NCBI RefSeq assembly: GCF_009914755.1
Contig: NC_060925.1
Origin: the human T2T-CHM13v2.0 reference genome, Homo sapiens
Direction: 5' to 3' (one strand)
DNA: 64,000 nt
Part shown: piece after piece, positions 1 to 13,440 of the stretch
How positions within the stretch are numbered: position 1 is the first letter of the stretch
Layout of the letters: each line of letters starts with the position of its first letter
Program-made: the position numbers and the translations under genes
Notes under the pieces: model-generated
Databases searched by the model: none
What the model saw: the letters and a program-made list of their open reading frames with translations, nothing else
Told to the model about the DNA's origin: nothing

Positions 1-52
1 ATGATCAGGAAATGCTTTACAGAATTATTAGGTAATAAATGGTCACTCCATC

Positions 53-205
53 GAGTAATTCTCAAACCCAGCTGTGTATCAGAATTACCTGGGAGCTTTT
101 TAAAAATATATGAATTCCAATCCTTACCCTACATCCATCAGGGTCTCCGAGGCTGGAACCCAGAGTAGACAATTTTTTGAACTCTCCAGGTGATTCTGAG
201 GCCCA
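53..205. mobile_element. MER5A-like hAT-Charlie fossil
   Basis: ttctcaaac...atcagaattacctgggagctttt...ccaggtgattctga signature. Confidence 0.65.
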
Positions 206-519
206 TCTGTTCTAATGTCAATCCAAATCTGACCCACCCAAGATTTCCAAGGTAGACACAGCTAGCCCCTGACTCACTAGCAACCACAGTTATGTCATTC
301 TACTCTCTCCTTTGCAACCCACACATGATTTCTTCTTACTGATTTTCTTTTTCCATCCTCTACAGTGCAGTAGCATCCTGCATTGACAGGCAGTTAAGGG
401 CATACACATTGCAATCAGAAAGCTGTGGGGCAGATCCTAGTCACTCCTTTCAAGACCATAACCAACGTCTTCTAAACTAGTCTATGTCAAAAGATAGTAA
501 TGGTCACGATCATAACACC

Positions 520-700
520 AATAATAAAAGCTGATATTTGCTAAGCACTTACTATGCCACTAACAATGCTAATCACTCTACATGAATGATCTCAATTGCC
601 ACATTAACCCTGTAAAGCAGGACTACTCTCATCCCCATTTTACATTCCGGGAGAACTTTGCCAAGGTCATACTGCTGGGAAGCGGCAGAACAACAAAAAA
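520..700 (-). mobile_element. MIR
   Basis: aagcacttactatgcc...atccccattttaca...tttgccaaggtcatactgct MIR core. Confidence 0.6.
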
Positions 701-968
701 AGGTCCATTTCTGAAAGGTAAACCACTTCTTGTAAAAGTACTTCTAAAAGGAATCAGCAGTCCTTCTGGAACATGAAACATTTAGGCTTTGAAGATGCAT
801 CAAAGGTAATTTTTTCCAGTGTGTGATTTGGGGCTTTGCTGATTGGCTGGCTGGAAAGAAACTGGATTCAATGTTTCAAATGCAACCTCATACCCCAAAT
901 ATTTATTACTCTCTAGCTGTTCCACTGGATAAGGTAAAATGAGCTTCCACTTAGATCTGTTTAATTGG

Positions 969-1326
969 TAGGGTGGCCATATACATATAAAAATTATATA
1001 TAAGTTTTTTTGAGACAGTTCTCACTCTGTCACCCAAGCTGGAGTGCAGTGGCACAATCTTGGCTCACTGCAATCTTGGCCTCCCAGGCTCAATGCTGAA
1101 TCCTCCCACCTCAACGTCCAGAATAGCCGAGACTACAGGCGTGCACACCATCACGCCTGGCTAATTTTTCTATTTTTTTGTAGAGACAGGGTCTCGCCTT
1201 ATTGCCCAGGCTGGGGTGTCCATATAATTTACTGTACCAACTAGGAGATATTAAAACATCAGGAACTATTCATAACTATGCTGGGAAAATAGGAATAGGC
1301 ATATACTGGAACATATGACCACCCTA
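969..1326. mobile_element. MER94/MER81-like hAT-Blackjack MITE interrupted by an Alu
   Basis: Terminal inverted repeats tagggtggccatat (969-982) and atatgaccacccta (1313-1326). Confidence 0.65.
1004..1214 (-). mobile_element. AluJ, partial
   Basis: Antisense right arm plus part of left arm, diverged. Confidence 0.85.
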
Positions 1327-1592
1327 CTGACAGCAGAATTCAAAGACAATAAATGGCAAGTGAACTGCCATGGACTCACTCAACACCATGGCTCAATTTC
1401 ACTCAATAAATAATTTTTGTGTGCCTACAATGTGCCAGCCTCTGTGCTAGAAATTGGTCATACAATGATAATAATTCCTATGAACCAGACACTAATAGAA
1501 CTGACTAATCATTCAATAGTTACAACATGATAAGCTTCGTATTAAGGAGAAAAATCAAACTGCAGAATAATACATATGGCAAGATTCCATTT

Positions 1593-1728
1593 GGGAGGGA
1601 GGGAGGGAGGAAGGGAGGAAGGAAGGAAAGAAGGAAGGAAGGAAGGAAGGAAGGAAGGAAGGAAGGAAGGAAGGAAGGAAGGAAAGAAGGGAGGGAGGGA
1701 GGGAGGGAGGGAGGGAGGGAGGGAGGAA
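1593..1728 (+). repeat. (GGGA)n/(GGAA)n polypurine microsatellite
   Basis: 13 uninterrupted GGAA at 1633-1684, flanked by GGGA runs. Confidence 0.98.
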
Positions 1729-2555
1729 TTGAAAGGAAGTGTGTGGGAGCAAAAATAATCTTCTAACTCCATATAAGGGTGGATCAGACGAGGTTTCACA
1801 GAGAATGTCCTGGGGCTGGGATTTGCAGAAAAATAGATATTAAATAACAGAAATAGGTGGGACTGGAGATAGCACATTTCTGGCAGAAATAAGAGCACAA
1901 GTTTGAGAGCATGTAGTGGTCCTTTCACAAAGTGCACATTGGTGCACTGGAGGGTGCGTTGGGGGGTGAGTGGCCAGACATGGGGCTACAGCAGTGGACA
2001 GAGGCAGGCGTGGTCAACCCTCTAGACCATGCTGAGTAGCCAAGACTCTACAATGCAGGTTAGAGGAGGCCAGTGATTGTTGATTTTGAGAAAGACCAAT
2101 GTCAGGTCATTTTGAGAGCAGCTGACAGAAGGCAGAGACCAGCAGTTTGGAAGCAACTGCAATGGTCCAAATAAAAGATGATGTTGAACCAAACACTATG
2201 AATCCCCTACCTCAGACAAGGGGCCAGGCACTAGGGATTCAAAAATAAACACGATCTACTCGCTGCCTTATGGAAAGTGAGGTTAAATGAAGAGGGAACA
2301 ATTTTAATATAAGAGAATGACCATAGATGCTTCAAATAAAAGGTTTAAGTTAAACAATGGAATGCTTCTGACTCTAAACACTTTGAGAACTGCTAAAGAA
2401 AAAGCTAACACAAAGTTTAGAGGTTGTAAAGTCCCAAAACAACGAAATAAACAGCTGAGGAGAAAAGAACCTTTCTGAGACAGAACTATCCAAGGCTGAC
2501 CTCTTTTATTAAGTGGTTGTAAGGATAACTGGGAAGTATCTGGGCAAATACATGG

Positions 2556-2853
2556 TTTTGTTTTGTTTTTTTGAGACAGAGTCTCATCTGTCACCCAGGC
2601 TGGAGCGCAGTGGCGTGATCTCAGCTCACTGCAACCTCTGCCTCTGGGGTTCAAGTGATTCTCCTGCCTCAGTCTCCTGAGTAGCTGGGATTACAGGTGT
2701 GCACCACCATGCCCGGCTAATTTTTGTATTTTTAGTAGAGATGGGGTTTCACCATGTTGGCCAGGCTGGTCTTGAACTCCTGACCTCAAGTGATCCACCC
2801 ATCTCTGCCTCCCAAAGTGCTAGGATTACAGGCATGAGCCACTGTGCCCAGCC
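2556..2853 (-). mobile_element. AluS full length
   Basis: Dimeric Alu; TSD-like aaatacatggt / aaacacatggt. Confidence 0.93.
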
Positions 2854-3542
2854 AAACACATGGTATTTAAAACACAACTATAACTATAGTATTGCAACTT
2901 GGGGAACGTGTGATGGGTGGGTCTTTCCTCAATACAAGATAAGGCACAACACTATTTAATAAAAAAAGCTCTCTGATTTTTTAAGTCTGATCCAACTTCA
3001 AATCCCACTTACTAGCTATGTGACCTTGAGTCAATTATTTTACCTGCCTCTCTTCACTATAAAATGAGAATAACCACATATATACCTTATAGGATTGTGA
3101 AGGTAAATGAGGCAGGATTCCCAGCTAAAATGGCAGATTGAACAGAAATACCCAATTTCACTCCCTTCTGAAACTCCACTAAAATATAGTACATATTTTT
3201 AAAATATATAAAGTAGTATAATAAATACAGCATGGCTTTTCTGTTTAAGACCAAATTCACAAATATGTAAGGGGAAAAGAAGAGGAGAAAACTACAACTT
3301 TGGAAACTGGAAAGTAGTTGGATATGTAAAAAAAAAATTGACTTCGATAATCCACAAATACTGAATCCCAAGCTGACAATGGCAAAAGCTGATAACCAAA
3401 TTAACGTATACCACAGAAGTCTCCAAAGTCACAGGAACTGGAAGGAAGCACCAGTAACTGGGGTGAAGAAAGAGGGCCAGAGAAAGGTGTTTGAGAAAAA
3501 GAATCCCGTTGGCCACTCCTCTGCCCCAGCAAAAGTCTAGAC

Positions 3543-3730
3543 CAGCACTGTCCAGTAAAATGGTCCACAATAATGGAAACGTTTTGTATCTGTGCTGTGT
3601 CCAGTACGGCAGCCAGTCACATGTGGCTACCAGGCATTTAAAAGATGGCTACTGTAACTGAGAAACCGATTTCTTAATTTTATTAAATGTTAATTTAAAT
3701 TTAAGTGGCTACCATGTGGCTAGTGACTAT
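3543..3730. mobile_element. MER3-like hAT-Charlie
   Basis: cagcactgtcca...cacatgtggcta...atgtggctagtg signature. Confidence 0.7.
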
Positions 3731-4502
3731 TTTATTATAAGGAAACACATATCTAGAGGTTTAGTTTCTGGAAAGGATAAGACAAAGGGTCCTGTAACTA
3801 GAGATGTCAGGTGAAGCATGGGAACCTCTGGGCACGCAGAAAGACGGCATCTGCACACATGCTGAGTGCTGGGGGCCAGGATGCTACAGCCTTCACCCTC
3901 TTCCCTGCAGCTCCAGAAATGCTGGCAGCCAGTCCCTAGCCCTCCAGGTGAGAGACTGGAATACTGTCTTCTGAGGAATGTGACCATCTCACCAGGACTG
4001 ACCTAAAGACACAGAGGCTGGGAGTTCCCCAATGAATGGCTCACTCTTAGTGACGTTCAAAGTTCACAAGCCCGAGGCACATGCTCAGCCTTCCTCCAAG
4101 TTTAATCATAAACAAACAGCCAAGGTAAACATATGTCTGAGGAAAGCCTCTAATGCAGACATGGAGATAGAAAAAAGCAACTCAGAGAAAACATTACACA
4201 GAGAGAAAACTTTAAAAATTAATGTCTTCAGAAAGATAAAAGAATACCTTTTATTTGTGAATCAAGAATAAAATGTTTCTTTTTTAAAGTAACATTTCAG
4301 AGAAAAAAGGAGCTCTCGAATATTAAAAAGATAATAACAGAAATGAAAACACAGCTGGGAAAGGGCCCTACGGAACTTCTAGGTTGATAGAAATGTTCTA
4401 TATTTTGTTTAGGGTGGTAACTGCACAAGCCTATATGATTGTCAAAACAGCCAAAGGAACACTTAGCATTGATAAGCTTTGCTGTAGGTAAATAATATCT
4501 TA

Positions 4503-4847
<345 letters not shown>

Positions 4848-6356
4848 TTAGGAAATAGGTTAGAAAAGAACAGTTTGAAAATAGGAGAAAAGAGATAAGA
4901 AAATTAAAGGGGGCAATCCAGACAGTCACATGTCTGAATTCCTAAAGAAAAGACAAAGAAAGTGGAGGGGAGAAAATCATCAGCAAAACCATTTGAGAAA
5001 GATTTCCCAGAACCAAAGGCTACCAGTTGCCAGGTTGGAAAGGCCCATCAAAACAATGGAGAAAAAGACCTGTTTGGGGCATTCCTGGGAAATTTCAGAA
5101 CATTGGAAACAAGGGTCTATAAAGCTTCCAAAAGAGAATAAAACAGGCTACATTCAAAAGATCAAAAATTGAGAATATTCTCAGGCTTTTTAACAGCTGC
5201 ACCAAGGAAAGAGACAGGCACCCAATGCCTGCAAAATTCTGAAGGGAAACAACTTCCAACCCAGAAGTCTATAACCAGCCAAATTATCAACGAAGTATGA
5301 AGGAAGAATCAAGATACAGTTAGACATCAAAGATCTCAAAAAACAAACTGCTATGCATCCTTCTGAAAATAACAGGAGACAGGCTCCAACACAGGAAATA
5401 AAGATTAAACAAAGAGGAAGTGAAGGGAACTCCCAGGAGCACAGAACAGAGCGGTCTCAACACAAAAGCTGTGGCCAGCCTCAGAGGATGACCAATCCCC
5501 ATGTGAGCAGGGCAACTTGAGGGATACTTATGTTGAGGGCAGTCACTGCCAAGATCCCCGTAGACTGCATTGAGGGTAGAATGCCTGGGTGAGCCTGGAC
5601 CAAATTCCTAATGGAATTTGGTTTTTCTTAATCATGCACTGATGAAATTCCTGTTCCCCTGCTGTGTCCTGCTGCCTGAATCAGCAGAAGACTATTTCAC
5701 CCCGCAGAAGTATTCCATTTGGCCTATTCCTGAGAGCTGGACATAAGCCAGGGTGGAGCAGCACATTCCTCTTGACTCCACTCCTCCCAGGCTCCCAACA
5801 GCTGGGCCCACTGCAGTCTTCTAGGTACCTCCAACTATGAGAAGCCCTGTTTCCCACAACTCATTCATGATCTTTTCCACTGACTTTCCCAAAAGGGTCC
5901 CTGCAACCTCTCAACTCTGGATCCAGACTTGACCCAGAGTTTCTGTTCAGACACAGGGGTAATGAATTCAACCAGAGACCATGAAGCTCTTCTCCTGGGA
6001 GCCTTCATCTAGAGATGGCATCACTGCCCTTTCCTTATACACCTAGGTTTATGCTTGCTCTGGGGACATATACACTGGTAGAAAGGGCATGATTAATACC
6101 AAAGTGGGGGTGACTGTTACCTCTGAGGGAAGTGCAGTGGAGGGGACTACCAGGTGATTTCTAAGATACCAGTAATGTTCTCTTTCTTAACCTGAATGGT
6201 GGATACATAGGTATTTTTCTCTAACTATACACATACTGTTTACATAGTCTTCTCTATGTTGATACATTTTTCAATTTAAAAAGTTCCCTCCATAGAAAAT
6301 TAAATATATTTAGAGACCCTAAGTAGATACTCATTAATTTTCAATTACTTTATTCT

Positions 6357-6837
6357 GAGATACTACTTAGTCAAGGGCCTGGCAGCTAAGCTAGTTCTCT
6401 CCTTTTAAATCAGATGCCCTTGCTGAAAACATGCTCCACCAGGTCCTTGGTCAGGCCAAGGAACTGAGTTTGATCCCCCTCTTTGTATTTAATGGAGCTA
6501 GAGGTACCAGAGCAGCACTGTATGTCTTGCATCTGGCATTTCAATCCAGATGTTAGTTGGGCCAGAAAGAATGACCCAGGGCCCTGGAATAAACTGGGTT
6601 CCAATGAGCAATACAAGTTCTACTCAGTGAATGTGGATTACAGTAAACTGAAGAAAGATGGTCCAGATTTCTAAATGAAATGTTTCACTATAAAGCTGCT
6701 TAGAATGAAGATCTTCCAGAAGCTAGCTGCACTATTTTCCACTTAACTAGGAAATATTTCTCCTTTAGATACATGAAATCATGTTGATATAATGTGTTGG
6801 AGATTACATTAATAAATAACTGAAACTTGAAAAAAAA
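6357..6837 (+). pseudogene. Processed pseudogene of NDUFA4 (COXFA4)
   Basis: ATG 6431 gives [37 protein letters not shown]; after a frameshift near 6540 it reads [44 protein letters not shown] (stop 6674). Intronless, AATAAA 6811, short A tail 6830-6837, candidate TSD tcaattactttattct (6341-6356) / tcaattaccttatcct (6838-6853). Confidence 0.93.
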
Positions 6838-7006
6838 TCAATTACCTTATCCTCTCCAGTAATCAAATACTACGCTTCTTTAAAGACCATCTTGAATGGC
6901 AGCAACTTTTTTTTCGAAGAAGAAAAATTTATAAGTATCTCATAAACAATTCTCATATTGATTACATGTTGAAATAGGATATTAATTTCACCTGGTTCCT
7001 TTTACC

Positions 7007-7651
7007 TTTTTTTTTATTATTATACTTTAAGTTCTAGGGTACATGTGCACAACGTGCAGGTTTGTTACATAGGTATATATGTGCCATGTTGGTGTGCTGC
7101 ACCTGTTAACTTGTCATTTACATTAAGTATATCTCCTAACGCTATCCCTCCCCACTTCCCCCACCCCACAACAGGCCCTGGTGTGTGATGTTGCTCTTCC
7201 TGTGTCCAAGTGTTCTCATTGTTCAATTCCCACCTATGAGTCAGAACATGCGGTGTTTGGTTTTTTGTCCTTGCGACAGTTTGCTGAGAGTGACGGTTTC
7301 CAGCTTCATCCATGTCCCTACAAAGGACATGAACTCATCGTTTTTTATGGTTGCATAGTATTCCATGGTGTATATGTGCCACAGTTTCTTAATCCAGTCT
7401 ATCATTGATGGACATTTGGGTTGGTTCCAAGTCTTTGCTATTGTGAATAGTGCCGCTATAAACATACGTGTGCATGTGTCTTTATAGCAGCATGATTTAT
7501 ATTCCTTTGGGTATATACCCAGTAATGGGATGGCTGGGTCAAATGATATTTCTAGTTCTAGATCCCTGAGGAATCGCCACACTGTCTTCCACAATGGTTG
7601 AACTAGTTTAGTCTCACCAACAGTGTAAAAGTGTTCCTATTTCTCCACATC
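7007..7651 (-). mobile_element. L1PA (about PA4-5) 3' fragment, sense to JAK1
   Basis: ORF2 C-terminus WKTVWRFLRDLELEISFDPAIPLLGIYP...KTKHRMF, L1 3'UTR and T tract. Confidence 0.95.
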
Positions 7652-8152
7652 ATCTTTCTAAAATTCTACCTAGGCAATAATCCCCTGGACTTTCATCATT
7701 TGCCAATTTGTGCCATTATTTACTTGTAATATATGTCTCCTTAGCTAGGTTGAAAACAGAAATGAACAAAAGCATGACTTTTCCTAATGAGTCTTTCAAG
7801 TAGCTACTATAAAAACAATAATGGTCCTAAGTCAAATGGGGTGGGGCCTGACGGACACCCTAGATCCTCTCAGGACAGAGTCGGGTTCTTGGATGAGGTC
7901 CTTCCATCACTTAGTGCCTTCTCACCTCCAGCACCTGCTAAGCACAGGGCCTGGCACAGAGTAAGAACTCAAATGTTTCTCAATAAATAATAAACGACAT
8001 CAAAAGAAAAAAGTGCTAAGAATCAAGTGACAAATATGACCCAAGTAATTAATGAAAAAGTAGCTCCCTATTGAAAGTTAAAAATCACTATGATCATTTC
8101 TGGTTAAAGAATCAAACAAAATTTTTAAGCATAAAGAGGAGATGTAGTATTA

Positions 8153-8591
<439 letters not shown>

Positions 8592-9424
8592 TGCTGGCAG
8601 TGGAAAATTTCTCATCCAGCACATATACACTGGAGACAGCATGGTGTGGACTGAATGAGTTCTAACCCTGCCTCTGCCAGAACCTAACCTTGGGCCTTGG
8701 ATAATTCAAGGAACCCTTCTGGCCCTCAGTTTTCCCCACTGTAAAACAGGCAGGCAGAATAAATGACCATGAAGCTCCCTGAAGGCCAATAGGGTTATAG
8801 GAGTCCATATATTCCTGCTTACTGATTCACTGACTGAGTTAAGTATCAAGGCAGTACACAGGAACAGGTCCAGTGCAAAACTGTCCCTAATATCCTACTG
8901 ATAGAAAAAATAAGAGACACAGTTTCCAATTCAGGTGCTTTTGTACAGTCTAAGTTCTAAAAGCTTTTTATAAATGCTATGCTTTAAGACAGTTAAATGT
9001 ATCCAGTGACTTTTAACCTGAAAACTGCTAAAGCCAAGGAAAATAATGTAAGTTGAACTCATGCCCATTTCTATTATAATTCCATTTTTCAGAGTAACTC
9101 ATAAGCGTGCATGACTCACACATCTGAATATGATGAGATGTTCCTTTATCATTTCATCTTCTATGCCAGTAATCCCACATTACAGAGTGCCAAACCCCTT
9201 TAATAAGTGTAGCATATGTTTCTACCACACTCCAAAATCCAGCACAAGACTGCTGCATTAGGGAAAAAATCTAAGTGAGGATTTCTGGGCTTTCGATCAT
9301 AGGACCCCAAGTTAGTTGTCAAAAATATGACTCCCTCGCCTCTCCCTTTCTGCACAGCCACCTAGACTACTGATAACTGAAAGCATAACAACTATCCTTC
9401 AGGCTCATACAGACATTTAGACAG

Positions 9425-9640
9425 CCCTTTGAAGTGTACAAAGCACTTTCACATCTATTAACTTAACTGATTTCCAGTGACCTACTAGAGTATATAGTAG
9501 GTCACTGGAAATCATTTTACAGATAAAGAAACAGAGATTCAGAGAATTTAAGTGCCTTGCATAAGGCTATGCAGCTAGCAAGTGGCTGAACTGAGACAAG
9601 CACTCAGCTCATCTAAAACCAAAAACTGAGCTCTTCTCAC
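9425..9640 (-). mobile_element. MIR containing a perfect inverted repeat
   Basis: aaagcactttcacatct...cattttacagataaagaaacagagattcagagaatttaagtgccttgc. Confidence 0.7.
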
Positions 9641-12600
9641 CAAACTGATGTGTAACCTAGGGATAAGAAAATAAGTGGTTGAAATAAAACCTCTTAGAAA
9701 TTGTTGTGATTATACTATTGGGAGTGGATCAACCTTTTATAAACAAGGCAGCTTCTCTATTCCCTTCTTAGTCCCTTTGTACAGTGAGTTTCTAGAGTGA
9801 GATGGCTTACCCATTTGGACTTGACTCCAGATATACCTCCTTTCCATTTCCAACCAAGAAGATAATTCTTGAACTCTGTCCTTGTAATATGAAATACCAG
9901 CTATAGCATGACTTCAGTCAACAACAGTAAAGAGAGATTAAGTAACTGGCTGCAAATCACAAAGTTGCACAAGCAGAGTAGATCGGCATAGGGACTTCAA
10001 TCTTCTCCCGACAGATGGACATTTAGACATTCCATCACCCTTCCTGAGACACAGGGCTTGCAGCAGTTCTTTCAGTGACAAAAATTCCCTAAGCAGCCCA
10101 CAGTGCTATTAGTTTCCTCATTTGATTGTTCTTATGGAAAAAAAAAACCACAACAACAACACTACTAAATGCCCCCCACCCCCCAGTTAGTTACTTGAGA
10201 ACAACTAATCAGACCATCCCTGTACCCTGTATAAATAAAAACAAGGGTTTTTTTGCATTGACCTGATAATTTCATTGGTAGCTACAACTAACTACACAAT
10301 AGTTGGAGGTAGAGAGATGCATTCTGTATCTTTACCTTTAATTATACAGTAAGGGCTGGAATCCCCTGTCAGTTCATTCAGCCAAGCTTACAAGAAGTCA
10401 CAACGTGGGAATTTCCAAAGCCAGTCAAACATCAGGAGTATAAATGTCATGTACCTAGACTTCTCAGTTTATAAACACATTTTTTTTTTAAAGCTGACTA
10501 GTAACAATATAAAAATATTCCCTCCTGTTCACCACTTCAAACATTTAGTATGATTTAGGTTTTTGGTTAACCATGCTTGTTGAATGCTTTAAGGTGCTAA
10601 ATTACTAACTGGGCTGGAACTTTCTAACCATACCTCATTTAAATTCAATCATAGATTACATATCAAAAACTTAAATCTCCAAGTCTCGGCCAAATGAGAT
10701 CTGCTTTATAATCTGAATAGAAAATGGTTGGTAAGTAAACAAGCTAATCATGAACACCATCTCTAGAGCAAAAATATCAAAAAGACCATAAGGAGTGGCT
10801 TTGACATCAGTCAAACCTGAGTTTAAATCCTGGCTCTGCCACTTATGAGCTCTGTGTGGTCCTGGACACTTGAGCTTCTAAGCCTTACATTTCTGCATCT
10901 CTAGTATCAATTCGCTCTCACCTAACTGTTGTCAAGGACCAACCACAGTGGAAATCATACGTTAGGTACTAAATAAAAAAGATACTTATTAGCTACTATA
11001 AAGTAAATTTGGAATACAAGCCAATGTGACTCTGTGGATAATAATAACTTGGAAAGTTGGGGTAGGAAACAATTGCAGGTTCTTTCCATTAACATTCTAC
11101 TTACTACCCTTCAAGGCCCATCCCAATCCAACCTCCTCCTCCTCCACCACCTAGCTCCATCAATTGCAGCCTACAATGACTGACACGCAACATAATTAGC
11201 ACTTCATTAAATATTGTATTGTGTTTCTGGGATCACTATTTGCTGGTCCTAACACCTATCTGTTTAAGGATACCTTAAGCAGAAAGGCTCTCTGCGTCTC
11301 TAACTTCCAGTCTCACTACCCCTTCATTATTCTAACTCATTATAAACTACACTGAGACCACAAGTGATTACACAATGCCATTTAATTAGAATTGTGCATG
11401 TTTGAAAATACAAAAATCACCCTTGGAACAGTTAACAGATAATTTTAGCTTATTAAACACACATTTTTTAACACTCCAAAACCACTTTGGTTCAGATCAC
11501 ATGGGGACATTTCCATTGGTTGCTGTGGTGACTATGTCACAAATTAGAGTCCCTCTGGCTAAGATTCTCAGGCCCAGGGTGCTGTGACTAAACCAGTGTA
11601 ACCACTTCACATCTACTCATACACTCCCATTTTCTAAAACTTCAAAACCACCAGCCAAAAACAACTTTATTCAAACACAGAGTTTAGAATCAAGGCCACA
11701 CATGCCATGACTTAAAACAAAATGAAGCTTAAACTCTTTCCCCCACAGATTTCTCTGCACTTTGCCAGGTCTTACTGATATGGTTCCAATGCATCAGACC
11801 AACGGTTCCCAACGCCTCCCACCCCGACTCCTGCTGCTTTTTAAAACATTTATGTCATAATGCTCTCCCTTTACTACCCTGAAATGAAAATCAAAAATAA
11901 TATAAACTATATACAATTTCAACATAATATAATGTCCTAACTATAAATAAAGAATTTAAAGATATCTGTAAGAATATATATTTCAATAGTAATTGCTCTG
12001 TCACGAGTACATCAGAAGACATAATGAAGTAGTCTAATACAACAACAGAACAACTCTGAATGCAATAACTATAAATGCAGTCAGATACTTGCATATTATT
12101 CTTGATGACACAAATACATGCACACCAACATTGGCAAGTGAGTTATAAAAATGGTAAACAGCTTTTGGCAAAGTTACAAACAAAATAGTGTAGTATCTTA
12201 TATAGTATATCGTATCAATTTACAAAGTAGTGGCATTCCTAGAAAATTAAGGGTATATCAAAACAATGCAAAAAGTCCGTTACATAAAATGGAATTACAG
12301 GTTCTAGGTTCAGAAAATTATGAACAGGCTTTTTCCCTGCAAGAATGTCTGGGGAGACATTTGAAAGTCATGCAGGCTATAGAAAAATTCTTCTATCCAC
12401 AGGACTATTGCTGTGCACATTATAGGATTCCTAGTATTCCTAGCCATGACCTCCTAAATGTCAAAGGTACCCAGCCCGGCATCAAAGAGACAAACAACAA
12501 GGGTCCACTGCCCCAGCTGTGCTCTGCTATGAGGCCAAGTAGGGTCTTGTCTTTGTATGTCATGCATCAACCTTAGAACTATGTGTGGCTCCTAAGCAGG

Positions 12601-12829
12601 TGCTCAGTAAGTCTGAGGAAGTGGGTGGTAGTTCTTCTAAAATTCCTCTGTTTGTTCTGAAGTAACAGAAAAACAGAATCAGTATCTTCAGCAAATTGAA
12701 AGATGGCATCTACTGGACAGGACTGTAGAACTGCTGACATTCACTTAAAGCCACAAACACCTTTATAGGATGCTATTTTTCCAACCCCATAATGATGATC
12801 TAAAACCAGGACAGCAAATACACATGGTC

Positions 12830-13440
<611 letters not shown>

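Noticed and set aside
1527-1937. ORFs with GRKE/PSFL repeats
   Set aside because: Translations of the GGAA/GGGA microsatellite.
12151-12576. 141-aa ATG-initiated ORF
   Set aside because: Antisense to JAK1, no recognisable domain, and appears to run through a MER20-like fragment.
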